From Beduini massiliensis (GTDB lineage: Bacteria; Bacillota_I; Bacilli_A; Erysipelotrichales; Coprobacillaceae): a DNA stretch of 24,000 bases. Both the position numbers and the translations under genes were made by a program. Below, in pieces: positions 7,696 to 16,067 of the stretch. Where the stretch lies: contig NZ_CDPP01000004.1 in NCBI RefSeq assembly GCF_000829905.1, positions 1-24,000 on the forward strand. The letters run 5' to 3'. A model generated the notes under the pieces. That model made no database searches. It was not told the DNA's origin and was given only the letters and a program-made list of their open reading frames with translations. Every line of letters starts with the position of its first letter. Within the stretch, counting starts at the first letter, position 1.

Positions 7696-9124
7696 TCAAT
7701 GACCAAGTTTTCGCATCTGTGATTTCGACTTCAACAATTTCACCGATATATTTTGGATCACCGGAGAAATTAACTAATTTCTGTGTATCTGTATATCCCA
7801 TCAACATATCATTTCCTTTTTTAGAATAACCTTCAACTAAAACTTTTACGATTTGTCCCAAATATTTTTTATTTTGAGCAAGAGAATATCGATTGACCGT
7901 TTCATTTAATCGCTGCAAACGTTCTTCTTTCACTTTTAAATCGATGTTGTCCTCCATTTTAGCGGCTGGTGTTCCCGCTCTTGGTGAATAAATAAATGTA
8001 TAGGCATTATCATATTGACAATATTCCACCATTTTTAAAGTATCTTCGAATTGTTCCGCTGTTTCATTAGGAAATCCCACAATAATATCAGTTGATACAC
8101 TGACATGTGGAATCTTCGCTTTGATTTTATCAAATAAAGCTTTATAAGAAGCCGCATTATATTTTCTTCCCATCAGCTTCAGCACTTCATCATTCCCAGA
8201 TTGAACCGGCAGATGAACAAACGGCATGATATTTTCGTATTTCGCAATAACATCGATCATTTCATCTGTAAAATCCCACGGATGAGACGTTGTAAAACGG
8301 ATTCTGTCTATCCCGGTTTTTGCCACATCACGCATCAAATCCGCAAAACTGTAAGCATCTTTGAAATCTTTTCCATAAGAATTGACATTCTGTCCCAGCA
8401 AAGTTATTTCTTTATATCCGGAAGCTTTCAATTCTTCTACTTCATGAAGAATATCCTTTGGCAGACGTGAGCGCTCTTTTCCTCTCGTGTACGGAACAAT
8501 ACAGTATGTACAGAATTTATCGCAGCCATACATAATATTTACCCATGCTTTTAATGGATTTTCTCTGGAAGCAGGGACATTTTCAACGATATCGCCTTCT
8601 TTAGACCAAACTTCTATGACCATTTCCTTCGACATCATCGCTTCATGCAGTAATTCCGGCAAACGATGAATATTATGGGTTCCAAAAATCAAATCGGTAT
8701 GAGGATGTTTCTGCAGCAGACGAGCAATAACCTCTTCTTCCTGTGCCATACAGCCACACATTCCAAAAATCATATCCGGACGGTCTCGCTTGATTCGTTT
8801 TAGATCCCCGATTTTACCGAACACTTTTAATTCAGCATTCTCACGGATCGCACATGTGTTTAATAACACAACATCTGCCTGATCCATCTCTTTTGTTTCC
8901 TGATATCCCATGCTTTCCAAAATCCCGCGCATCGTTTCACTGTCACGTTCATTTGCTTGGCAGCCATATGTTTTAATATAATAAGTTTTTCCTGCACCAA
9001 TGTTTTTCATCGTATCCGGAATAACAAATTCATCTTTCAATATTTTGACTTCTTCTTTTCCACGATGTTTCGCTTCTTTTAAAGAAGGTCCTTTAAAATA
9101 TTTTGTGTAATCTTTTTCCATCAT
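7676..9124 (-). CDS. miaB: tRNA-2-methylthio-N6-dimethylallyladenosine synthase MiaB (radical SAM methylthiotransferase)
   Basis: 482 aa. It has the UPF0004 N-domain ([15 protein letters not shown]), the radical-SAM CxxxCxxC motif (GCDKFCTYC) and a C-terminal TRAM domain (…[13 protein letters not shown]). Confidence 0.95.
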   Translation of the reverse strand: MMEKDYTKYFKGPSLKEAKHRGKEEVKILKDEFVIPDTMKNIGAGKTYYIKTYGCQANERDSETMRGILESMGYQETKEMDQADVVLLNTCAIRENAELKVFGKIGDLKRIKRDRPDMIFGMCGCMAQEEEVIARLLQKHPHTDLIFGTHNIHRLPELLHEAMMSKEMVIEVWSKEGDIVENVPASRENPLKAWVNIMYGCDKFCTYCIVPYTRGKERSRLPKDILHEVEELKASGYKEITLLGQNVNSYGKDFKDAYSFADLMRDVAKTGIDRIRFTTSHPWDFTDEMIDVIAKYENIMPFVHLPVQSGNDEVLKLMGRKYNAASYKALFDKIKAKIPHVSVSTDIIVGFPNETAEQFEDTLKMVEYCQYDNAYTFIYSPRAGTPAAKMEDNIDLKVKEERLQRLNETVNRYSLAQNKKYLGQIVKVLVEGYSKKGNDMLMGYTDTQKLVNFSGDPKYIGEIVEVEITDAKTWSLNGKICE

Positions 9125-9172
9125 TTCACCACTTTCTTTAATGAGTATACACGAAGAAGATTATTTTTTCCA

Positions 9173-9198
9173 CAAAAAAATAAGGGACAAGCCCTTAT
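9173..9198 (-). terminator. Rho-independent terminator after the orphan small gene
   Basis: Stem ATAAGGG / CCCTTAT (9180-9186 / 9192-9198) with a 5-nt loop. It is followed on the minus strand by a T7 run and lies 6 nt after the stop codon. Confidence 0.8.
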
Positions 9199-9203
9199 TT
9201 GAT

Positions 9204-9431
9204 TTATTGTGGTTTAACTGAGAAATAAAGTGAAACACCTTCAGGCATTGCTTTCACTGTTTTTTTGATATAAGCCGCTGTTGTTGCAGCATCCATTTCT
9301 GTTTCTACATCAAATAAACAATTAATTCCAGTCTTTTCAACAAATTTACATGAAATTTTATCATCTTTGTAACCATCTAACATTTTGATGATAAGTGCTG
9401 ACATCCCTGCGCTAACAATAATTTTTTGCAT
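9204..9431 (-). CDS. Hypothetical small cytoplasmic protein (75 aa), no family recognised
   Basis: I chose the start at MQKIIVSAG… because AGGAGG lies 8 nt upstream of that ATG. The track's longer 88-aa version would begin inside the promoter. The gene has its own promoter and terminator. Confidence 0.6.
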   Translation of the reverse strand: MQKIIVSAGMSALIIKMLDGYKDDKISCKFVEKTGINCLFDVETEMDAATTAAYIKKTVKAMPEGVSLYFSVKPQ

Positions 9432-9458
9432 TTTTCCATACCTCCTGTATACGTTTAC

Positions 9459-9487
9459 ATTATACATCACAGGTGAATGAAATTCAA
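9459..9487 (-). promoter_or_regulatory. Near-consensus sigma-A promoter of the orphan small gene
   Basis: Minus strand: TTGAAT (9487..9482), a 17-nt spacer, then TATAAT (9464..9459). It begins 4 nt after the spoVS stop codon. Confidence 0.7.
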
Positions 9488-9490
9488 TGA

Positions 9491-9751
9491 TTAAACTAAT
9501 TTTATCAGTAAATTTATAGCGGTACGTTCTTTTTCATCAACGACCAACTCTTTGAACGAAGGGACAATAACGAGATCATGTCCGGTTGGAACGATAAATC
9601 CTCTAGCGATCGCTACCGCTTTTACAGCCTGATTCAAGGCGCCGGCGCCAATCACGACCATTGTCACCGTTTCTTCTACCCGGATGATATTGGCAAGTGC
9701 TCCTGCTACCAGATTTGAATTTGATTGTCTTGATACTTTCATTGTTTCCAT
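9491..9751 (-). CDS. spoVS: Stage V sporulation protein S
   Basis: 86 aa: METMKVSRQSNSNLVAGALANI…IGAGALNQAVKAVAIARGF…ERTAINLLI. This is near-identical in pattern to B. subtilis SpoVS. The start is at the ATG preceded by GAGGAGG, and the track's upstream extension is rejected. Confidence 0.92.
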   Translation of the reverse strand: METMKVSRQSNSNLVAGALANIIRVEETVTMVVIGAGALNQAVKAVAIARGFIVPTGHDLVIVPSFKELVVDEKERTAINLLIKLV

Positions 9752-9778
9752 ATGTTTCCTCCTCGGTTCATTCATATG

Positions 9779-9813
9779 TAAAACAAAAAGAATTATGACT
9801 AAATCATAATTCT
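9779..9813 (-). terminator. Terminator-like hairpin at the ymdB 3' end
   Basis: A perfect 10-bp stem AGAATTATGA / TCATAATTCT (9789-9798 / 9804-9813) with a 5-nt loop that contains the ymdB TAG. It is followed on the minus strand by TTTTGTTTT. Confidence 0.6.
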
Positions 9814-10566
9814 CTCAATCTTAATCGGCAGATTCGTATGATCATCAAACTCGATCACTACTCCACATAACTGTGCCGGTCCTTCATCCACTTCAAAACG
9901 GTGATTTAAGCCCGTTGTCATTTTATACAGAATTGATTCTTTGGAACAGCCAATGATTCCATTTTTAGGTCCTGTCATCCCAACATCACTGATGAAAGCA
10001 GTTTTGTTGTCTATGATTTTTTCATCTGCCGTCTGCACATGAGTATGTGTTCCTAAAACAGCACTGACACGACCGCTTAAATAATAAGATAGGGCGATTT
10101 TTTCACTGGTTGTTTCAGCATGGAAATCGACGATATGATAATCTTCCTCACATTCCTTCAACAGTTCATCCATAGCGATAAACGGGTTGTACTGATACCC
10201 ATTCATAAATGCCACACCTAATAAATTAGTCACACGGATACGCTTGTTTTGCCAAGTAAAGACACGACTTCCGATTCCCGGCAATGTTTTCAATTGATTA
10301 TAAGGCACTACTAATCGGTCCGCTTCATCGATAAAATCCAACAACTCTTTTTTAGCGTAAGTGTGGTTTCCCATGGTAATTGCCTGTACTCCATTAAAGA
10401 TCAATTCTTCATAAACACGCTGTGTGATTCCTTTCCCATGAGCAGAATTTTCACCGTTGGCAATGACAAAATCAATCTGATATTGCTTTTTTAATGTATA
10501 GAGATGATCTTCGACCATCACTCGACCACTGCGTCCAAATATATCTCCGATAAATAATAATTTCAT
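9799..10566 (-). CDS. ymdB: 2',3'-cyclic-nucleotide 2'-phosphodiesterase YmdB (TIGR00282 metallophosphoesterase)
   Basis: The sequence reads MKLLFIGDIFGRSGR…ANGENSAHGKG…GNHT…DFHAE…GTHTHV. The start is set at the second ATG (10566), 6 nt after AAGGAG. Its position after rny matches B. subtilis. Confidence 0.9.
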   Translation of the reverse strand: MKLLFIGDIFGRSGRVMVEDHLYTLKKQYQIDFVIANGENSAHGKGITQRVYEELIFNGVQAITMGNHTYAKKELLDFIDEADRLVVPYNQLKTLPGIGSRVFTWQNKRIRVTNLLGVAFMNGYQYNPFIAMDELLKECEEDYHIVDFHAETTSEKIALSYYLSGRVSAVLGTHTHVQTADEKIIDNKTAFISDVGMTGPKNGIIGCSKESILYKMTTGLNHRFEVDEGPAQLCGVVIEFDDHTNLPIKIERIMI

Positions 10567-10581
10567 ATACATCTCCTTATT

Positions 10582-10607
10582 TAAAAAAGTAGGTTTTAAA
10601 ACCTACT
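10582..10607 (-). terminator. Terminator-like hairpin between rny and ymdB
   Basis: A palindrome AGTAGGTTTT/AAAACCTACT (10588-10607) overlaps the rny TAG. It is followed on the minus strand by TTTTTT, and the ymdB RBS lies only a few nt further on. Confidence 0.6.
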
Positions 10608-12165
10608 ATTTTGCAATTTCGCTCGCTCTGATTTCTCTGATAACTGTCACTTTAATATGACCTGGATAAGTTAATTCATTTTCAATTTTTTCTTTGATAT
10701 CTCGCGCTAATTTATGACAAGCCAAATCATCTAAACGTTCCGGTTTGACCATGACACGTACCTCACGTCCTGCTTGAATTGCAAATGTCTTGTCAACCCC
10801 ATCAAACTCATTAGAGATTGCTTCTAATTTTTCTAAACGCTGAATATAATTCTGTAAGCTTTCCGAACGACTTCCCGGACGAGCAGCAGACAATGTATCC
10901 GCCGCTGCCACTAAAATTGAGATAACACTCGTTGCCGGTACATCTCCATGATGAGATTCGATCGCATTAATCACAACCGCATTTTCACCATGTTTTCTAG
11001 CAAATTTCGCCCCGATTTCAACGTGACTTCCTTCAATTTCAAAGTCAATCGCTTTTCCTAAATCGTGCAGTAATCCGGCACGTTTCGCCAAATTCTGATT
11101 CAATCCCAATTCAGCTGCCATGATTCCTGCCAAATGAGCAACTTCTAATGAATGCTGTAAAGCATTTTGCCCATAACTCGTACGATATTTTAAACGTCCG
11201 ATCAAAGTTACAATTTCTTTATCCACTTTCGCCAACCCTAATTGGAAGACAGCATCTTCTCCGGCCTGACGAATAATTTCATTAATTTCTTCTTTCGTTT
11301 TCAAAACGACTTCTTCAATACGTCCCGGCTGAATACGTCCATCACGAATCAATACTTCCAATGATCGTTTCGCAATTTCACGACGGATCGGGTCAAACGA
11401 AGAAATCGTGATCGCTTCTGGTGTATCGTCAATGATCAATTCAACGCCTGTGAATTGTTCAATCGATTTAATATTACGTCCTTCACGACCAATGATACGT
11501 CCTTTCATCTCTTCAGATGGCAAAGCGACAACAGAGACAGTTTTTTCAACTGTTTCCTCCTGAGCATAGCGATTAATTGCAGTGGCAATGATTTCTCTTG
11601 AGAGCATTGATGCTTTAGATTTGGCTTCTTCTTCCTGTTCTTTAATATAAGCAGTAACTTCTGTTGCCATTTTCTGTTCAACTTGTTTAAATAGTTCGAT
11701 TTTAGCTTCCCCTGCTGTCATAGCAGCAATTTTTTCCAATTCAACTATTTTGGCATCAATTTTTTCCTTTAACTGTTCCTCTAGTTTGTTTAGTTCTAAT
11801 TCTTTTTTGTTCAACTGCTGAACTTTTTGATCATATGAATCTTCTTTATTTTGTAAGATCATATCACGACGATCAATATTTTGTTCACGTTGTAATAATT
11901 TGTTTTCAAAATCTGTTGATTGCTGTTTTTGTTCTTTGATTTCTTTTTCAGCTTGTAATTTTAATTCATAAGCCTGAGTTTTTGCATCAAGTATAGATTC
12001 TTTTACAATATTATCCGCTTTACTATTGGCTTCATCAATGATTTTTTCAGCATTGACGTTTGCTTTTGACACTCTTACCATATAGTAAAAGCGCAATAAG
12101 CCAACTCCTAAAAGCACAGCTAGAACATAAGACAAACCAGTTAAAAACATGTTGTCACCTAACAT
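10606..12165 (-). CDS. rny: Ribonuclease Y
   Basis: 519 aa with an N-terminal TM helix and a coiled coil. It has a KH domain ([14 protein letters not shown]) and an HD domain ([10 protein letters not shown]…LLHDLGKA…ESHHGD). The C-terminus [12 protein letters not shown] closely parallels B. subtilis Rny. The RBS is GGGAGG. Confidence 0.97.
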   Translation of the reverse strand: MLGDNMFLTGLSYVLAVLLGVGLLRFYYMVRVSKANVNAEKIIDEANSKADNIVKESILDAKTQAYELKLQAEKEIKEQKQQSTDFENKLLQREQNIDRRDMILQNKEDSYDQKVQQLNKKELELNKLEEQLKEKIDAKIVELEKIAAMTAGEAKIELFKQVEQKMATEVTAYIKEQEEEAKSKASMLSREIIATAINRYAQEETVEKTVSVVALPSEEMKGRIIGREGRNIKSIEQFTGVELIIDDTPEAITISSFDPIRREIAKRSLEVLIRDGRIQPGRIEEVVLKTKEEINEIIRQAGEDAVFQLGLAKVDKEIVTLIGRLKYRTSYGQNALQHSLEVAHLAGIMAAELGLNQNLAKRAGLLHDLGKAIDFEIEGSHVEIGAKFARKHGENAVVINAIESHHGDVPATSVISILVAAADTLSAARPGSRSESLQNYIQRLEKLEAISNEFDGVDKTFAIQAGREVRVMVKPERLDDLACHKLARDIKEKIENELTYPGHIKVTVIREIRASEIAK

Positions 12166-12239
12166 AATGTTCCTCCCTATTGTCTATGTTGAAGTTATGT
12201 ATTTGCATACATAATCGTATTAATTAAAATACAAGTATC

Positions 12240-12268
12240 ATTTTAAACTAAATAGTCCCTTTTTGCAA
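12240..12268 (-). promoter_or_regulatory. Putative sigma-A promoter of rny
   Basis: Minus strand: TTGCAA (12268..12263), a 17-nt spacer, then TAAAAT (12245..12240). This leaves a ~65-70 nt leader containing a small hairpin (ATGTAT-N4-ATACAT). Confidence 0.6.
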
Positions 12269-12284
12269 CAAAGTATAAAAGAAA

Positions 12285-12349
12285 AAATAAAAAGCCGGCA
12301 AATCCTTATAGACTACTGATTTTGTAGGATTTACCTGTAAATGGGCTTT
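12285..12349 (-). terminator. Long imperfect hairpin plus T-tract (second terminator-like element in the recA-rny spacer)
   Basis: AAAGCC(12291-96)/GGCTTT(12344-49) pair with each other, and GCAAATCCT(12298-306)/AGGATTTAC(12327-35) pair at 8 of 9 positions. On the minus strand the structure is followed by TTTTTATTTTTT. Confidence 0.45.
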
Positions 12350-12420
12350 ATTTTGACATATCTGAGGACCCCATTTTTATATTTTAGGCAATGGTGACTC
12401 CAATAGGCATTCATTGCAAA

Positions 12421-12446
12421 CAAAAAAAAGAGACCAAAGTCTCTCG
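12421..12446 (-). terminator. Rho-independent terminator after recA
   Basis: Stem AGAGAC / GTCTCT (12429-34 / 12439-44) with a 4-nt loop. It is followed on the minus strand by a T8 run and lies 2-3 nt after the recA TAA. Confidence 0.85.
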
Positions 12447-12448
12447 TT

Positions 12449-13486
12449 TTATTTTTCTTCTATGGCTTCTTCGCCCATAATTTTTAATTTAATAGAATTG
12501 ATTAATTCTTCCATAATTTCCGGGTGTGTCTTAAGGTACAGTTTTGAATTTTCACGACCCTGCCCAATCTTTTCACCTTTATATGAATACCAAGCACCAC
12601 TCTTTTCAACCAGTTCCAATTCAACGGATAAATCCAATACTTCCCCGTCTTTAGATATCCCCTGTCCGTAAATCACATCTACGCTTGCAGTTTTAAAAGG
12701 TGGTGCCACCTTATTTTTCACAACTTTAATATTGGTTTTATTTCCAACAATCTCAGTACCGTTTTTAATCGCTTCGCTTCTTCTGATTTCGATTCGAATT
12801 GAAGAATAAAATTTAAGTGCACGTCCTCCGGTTGTTGTTTCCGGATTACCAAACATAACCCCGATTTTTTCTCTCAACTGATTAATGAAAATAATCGTAC
12901 ATTCCGATTTGTTTAGACAGCCCGAAAGTTTTCTCAATGCTTTAGACATCAAACGTGCCTGCAAGCCCATTTGAGAATCGCCCATCTCACCATCTAATTC
13001 TACCTGAGGGACTAACGCTGCGACTGAATCGACAATGATCAAATCGATGGCACCGGAACGAACTAATGTTTCCGTAATTTCTAAAGCCTGTTCTCCACTG
13101 TCCGGCTGAGATAAAATGAGTTGTTCGATGTCCACTCCTAAATTTTTAGCATAAACCGGATCGATGGCATGTTCTGCATCGATGAAGGCTGCACGTCCTC
13201 CTTGCTTTTGCACTTCTGCAATAGCGTGCAGGGCTAACGTTGTTTTCCCACTTGATTCAGGTCCATAGATTTCAACTATACGCCCCTTTGGATACCCGCC
13301 GATTCCTAACGCTAAATCCAAAGTCAATGACCCTGTCGGAATCACATCCACACTTAAATCCGCGCGGTCACCTAAACGCATGATAGACCCTTTTCCAAAC
13401 TGCTTTTCTATTTGCTTAATCGCTTCATCCAGCGCTTTTTCTTCGCCTGCTTCAGCTTTATCTATCTTCTTTGTTTTCTCTGCCAT
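12449..13486 (-). CDS. recA: Recombinase RecA
   Basis: 345 aa with [13 protein letters not shown], Walker [17 protein letters not shown] and [24 protein letters not shown]. The RBS is GGGAGGA. Confidence 0.99.
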   Translation of the reverse strand: MAEKTKKIDKAEAGEEKALDEAIKQIEKQFGKGSIMRLGDRADLSVDVIPTGSLTLDLALGIGGYPKGRIVEIYGPESSGKTTLALHAIAEVQKQGGRAAFIDAEHAIDPVYAKNLGVDIEQLILSQPDSGEQALEITETLVRSGAIDLIIVDSVAALVPQVELDGEMGDSQMGLQARLMSKALRKLSGCLNKSECTIIFINQLREKIGVMFGNPETTTGGRALKFYSSIRIEIRRSEAIKNGTEIVGNKTNIKVVKNKVAPPFKTASVDVIYGQGISKDGEVLDLSVELELVEKSGAWYSYKGEKIGQGRENSKLYLKTHPEIMEELINSIKLKIMGEEAIEEK

Positions 13487-13524
13487 AATATCCTCCCATC
13501 TAAATCATTCTTCTCTTTTTATTA

Positions 13525-13980
13525 TTATCCTAACATATCAAGCAGTTTTTTTTCAGCAATATGCACTGCCTGTTTTTGAATCATCGCTCGGCTTCCCACT
13601 AAACGATACTCATAAGTGACGATTTTACCTAAATAATTAATCCCGATATAAATTAATCCCACCGGTTTATTTTCCATCGCTTCCGGACCCGCATTACCGG
13701 TAAAAGAAACACAAATATCCGAATTGAAGTAGTCTTTTCCTTTAAGACACATCTCTTTTGCAATGGTCTCGCTGACAACCCCATATTCTTTTACCAACTG
13801 ATGATCCACTTTTAAAACATCTGTTTTAATAACAGTCTGATAGGTGACCAATGTCCCTTTATATGTATTAGAGGCGCCGGATACACTGCCCAATCCAGCA
13901 CCAAAAAGTCCTACTGTGAAACTTTCACAGCTCGCAATCGTTAACTTTTTTTCAATCAATTTTTCAACAAGCTCTCTCAT
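13525..13980 (-). CDS. cinA: CinA C-terminal-domain protein (nicotinamide-nucleotide amidohydrolase, PncC-type)
   Basis: 151 aa: …LTIASCESFTVGLFGAGLGSVSGAS…GVVSETIAKEM…SFTGNAGP. This is the CinA_C signature. There is no N-terminal MoCF-type domain. The start overlaps the pgsA stop (TAATG). Confidence 0.85.
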   Translation of the reverse strand: MRELVEKLIEKKLTIASCESFTVGLFGAGLGSVSGASNTYKGTLVTYQTVIKTDVLKVDHQLVKEYGVVSETIAKEMCLKGKDYFNSDICVSFTGNAGPEAMENKPVGLIYIGINYLGKIVTYEYRLVGSRAMIQKQAVHIAEKKLLDMLG

Positions 13981-14555
13981 TACATAGACTCCAAAATGAA
14001 TTGTCGATTTTTCATGAAATAATCAATACCCGAAATAAGAGAAATCAATGTTGCTGCCGCCATCGTTATTAAATCAATGCGTATTCCTACAAAACAAAAA
14101 GGAATATTATTCAGCAAAATAAAGATAATCCCCAGCATTTGGGTAAACGTTTTTGCTTTCCCTAATTGACTGGCTGCCAGCACAACATTATTTTGACTTG
14201 CCAGTAAACGAATGGCATCCACAACAAGATCACGAGAAATCATGATCAACGGAACGATCATATGGATCTTACTGGTACACGCTAAAATGATAATCAGTGA
14301 ATTAACAAGCAATTTATCCGCAATCGGGTCCATAAATTTCCCAAAAGTAGTGATAATATTTTGTTTTCTGGCAATCTGTCCATCTAAAAAATCAGTAAGT
14401 GATGCCACGATAAACAGCATCACTACGATAAATTGATTGATTGGTAAAATCTGTCCCCAGATTGTCCAGCTGCCACCGACTGGAAAAATACACAGAATGA
14501 TGATGACCGGAACTAAAAGCATGCGAAAGACAGTGAGTTTATTAGGCAAATTCAT
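13980..14555 (-). CDS. pgsA: CDP-diacylglycerol--glycerol-3-phosphate 3-phosphatidyltransferase
   Basis: 191 aa with multiple TM segments. It carries the CDP-alcohol phosphatidyltransferase motif DFLDGQIARKQNIITTFGKFMDPIADKL. Confidence 0.93.
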   Translation of the reverse strand: MNLPNKLTVFRMLLVPVIIILCIFPVGGSWTIWGQILPINQFIVVMLFIVASLTDFLDGQIARKQNIITTFGKFMDPIADKLLVNSLIIILACTSKIHMIVPLIMISRDLVVDAIRLLASQNNVVLAASQLGKAKTFTQMLGIIFILLNNIPFCFVGIRIDLITMAAATLISLISGIDYFMKNRQFILESM

Positions 14556-14558
14556 AGA

Positions 14559-15506
14559 CTACTCCTTTATAAATGTAAATGTGACATCAGCGTAAGTGCC
14601 GCTTTGATCACTTTCTGGGATATCAAGTTTTTCACCATTAATATAGTAGCGGTGATATAAATTATATCCATTGCTTAAAACAATGGTATTCACATCTTTC
14701 GTATTGAAAGTCAATTCCACTGTTTCCGGTGCTGCATTTTTATCATTTGCTGTATTGGCACTATTATATGCCTTACCCGCAAAATGACTATAGTTCGTTC
14801 CGTTAACTAACATTGATGACCAAGTATATGAAACAAATTCGATCTTCATTGTGAATGTTTCATTGTCTGCCGGCAGTTTAATTGAGTATTGGTTGGCTGC
14901 CGTACGTGTCATTTCCACTTTCGGTGTTTTTTCATCTGTTGGCTTTTCATCTTCTTTATTGTCTTGGTCAGGTGGAATCACCGGATCTTCATTATCATCG
15001 ACATTAGGAGTTCCAGAAATATGATTCTGATTCTGATTATCAAAACCAGCCTTATCTTTGCTTGACAATTTTAAAGCGTACCAAACACTAAAAATGATCA
15101 ATAAACATAAAGCAACGATAATCGTATATTTGACAAAGGTTCGGCCACTATGATTGTCATAGACTTTAGGTGCTTTTGCAAAAGCAGGTTTAGTTATCTT
15201 TGTCGCCGGTGCTTTTTTCGGCTCTGCTTTAAGCTTTTCTTCTTTTTCCTTTATTTTAGAAAGATTCAATTCTTGAGTTAGTGTGATATATGTATCCACC
15301 AATTCATCTGATTCAATCCCTAGGTAATCTGCATACTTTTTAATATATTTTTTTATATATTCTTCATCACCGACATATTTATCAAACTTGCCGCTTTCGA
15401 TATCTTTTAAGACACCTACTGAGATATGCGTCGCTGCGCTGATATCTTGTAAAGTGATGTTTCTTAATTGACGTTCTTCAAGAAGTTTTCTTCCTAAATC
15501 CTCCAC
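14559..15506 (-). CDS. rodZ: RodZ-like cytoskeleton/shape protein (N-terminal HTH, single TM, C-terminal beta-rich domain)
   Basis: It has an XRE-type HTH (LRNITLQDISAATHISVGVLKDIESGKF) and a TM segment (YTIIVALCLLIIFSVWYAL), then a low-complexity linker and a C-terminal domain. Its position upstream of pgsA matches B. subtilis ymfM/rodZ. It has a GTG start 6 nt after AGGAGG. Confidence 0.75.
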   Translation of the reverse strand: MEDLGRKLLEERQLRNITLQDISAATHISVGVLKDIESGKFDKYVGDEEYIKKYIKKYADYLGIESDELVDTYITLTQELNLSKIKEKEEKLKAEPKKAPATKITKPAFAKAPKVYDNHSGRTFVKYTIIVALCLLIIFSVWYALKLSSKDKAGFDNQNQNHISGTPNVDDNEDPVIPPDQDNKEDEKPTDEKTPKVEMTRTAANQYSIKLPADNETFTMKIEFVSYTWSSMLVNGTNYSHFAGKAYNSANTANDKNAAPETVELTFNTKDVNTIVLSNGYNLYHRYYINGEKLDIPESDQSGTYADVTFTFIKE

Positions 15507-15544
15507 ACTATTCCTCCTAACTGCACTATCTTACATTTAGTTTA

Positions 15545-15572
15545 ATTATAGCATAATCATCTGCAATTACAA
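15545..15572 (-). promoter_or_regulatory. Putative sigma-A promoter of the rodZ-pgsA-cinA-recA string
   Basis: Minus strand: TTGTAA (15572..15567), a 16-nt spacer, then TGCTATAAT (extended -10, hexamer at 15550..15545). Confidence 0.55.
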
Positions 15573-15667
15573 TCATCTTAATTGTAAAAATTTATCGATT
15601 TGAGTGATTATTTATTAAATTTTGAAAGGCTATCTATTTATATGTCATCTTCCATTTATTTATACCA

Positions 15668-15696
15668 ACAAAATAAAAACTGGCATTTGCCAGTTT
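15668..15696 (-). terminator. Rho-independent terminator after rnpB
   Basis: The minus strand reads ACTGGCAAATGCCAGT followed by TTTTATTTT, immediately after the 3' strand of RNase P helix P1. Confidence 0.8.
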
Positions 15697-16036
15697 AACG
15701 CTCATTTCGTAAGCCAAGTTCTGTTTTTCAGATAATCATTTATCTACATATTGCTATGTCCAATACATCGTTCGTTTCCTTTGTATTGATTCCCCTACCA
15801 AATTTGGGTTTCTCGCTTGCGGAGTTTACCTCTTTTCATCCCTGTATTTCTACATGGCATAGTTTCTGTGGCACTTTATGGCTTAGCGACCATGCTTGCG
15901 TTTAGGTCTTAGGCCTGTCGTCAGTTTACACTGCCATAACTTATTGATTCGTTATGCACAATCACTACAGCCATCACAGACTGTGCGAGCCTGGACTTTC
16001 CTCTGTTTTAACAGCGATTATCTTCCATGAGCGTTT
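15693..16036 (-). ncRNA. rnpB: RNase P RNA, type B (Bacillus-like), compact ~345 nt
   Basis: The minus strand contains AGAGGAAAGTCCAGGCTCGCACAG (P4), AAAGTGCCACAG, and GGTAAACTCCGCAAGCGAGAAACCCAAATTTGGTAGGGG. It also contains GTAGATAAATGATTATC and ACAGAACTTGGCTTAC. Each matches B. subtilis rnpB blocks recalled from memory. P1 is formed by AACGCTCAT (5') and ATGAGCGTT (3'). The ends are approximate to a few nt. Confidence 0.93.
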
Positions 16037-16038
16037 TT

Positions 16039-16067
16039 ATTTTACGTTATATTGATTTTGAATGCAA
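16039..16067 (-). promoter_or_regulatory. Putative sigma-A promoter of rnpB
   Basis: Minus strand: TTGCAT (16067..16062), a 17-nt spacer, then TAAAAT (16044..16039). It sits a few nt upstream of the P1 5' strand and begins 4 nt after the gpsB stop. Confidence 0.65.

Noticed and set aside
9451-9472. GTGATGTATAATGTAAACGT (minus strand) resembles the right half of the Bacillus dif site (…ATTATGTAAACT).
   Set aside because: The left half of dif is absent. The TATAAT here is fully explained as the -10 box of the promoter for the small orphan gene.
12166-12448. Small ORFs in the recA-rny spacer (for example a 27-codon ATGAATGCC… frame on the minus strand), considered as possible type I toxins or leader peptides.
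   Set aside because: They have no Shine-Dalgarno sequence and no hydrophobic toxin-like sequence. The frames are interrupted by the terminator structures.
15567-15587. 7-bp inverted repeat TTACAAT-N7-ATTGTAA overlapping the -35 box of the rodZ promoter, considered as a possible operator.
   Set aside because: It is short and AT-rich, so it is expected by chance in this composition, and there is no partner regulator gene nearby. It cannot be supported without conservation data.
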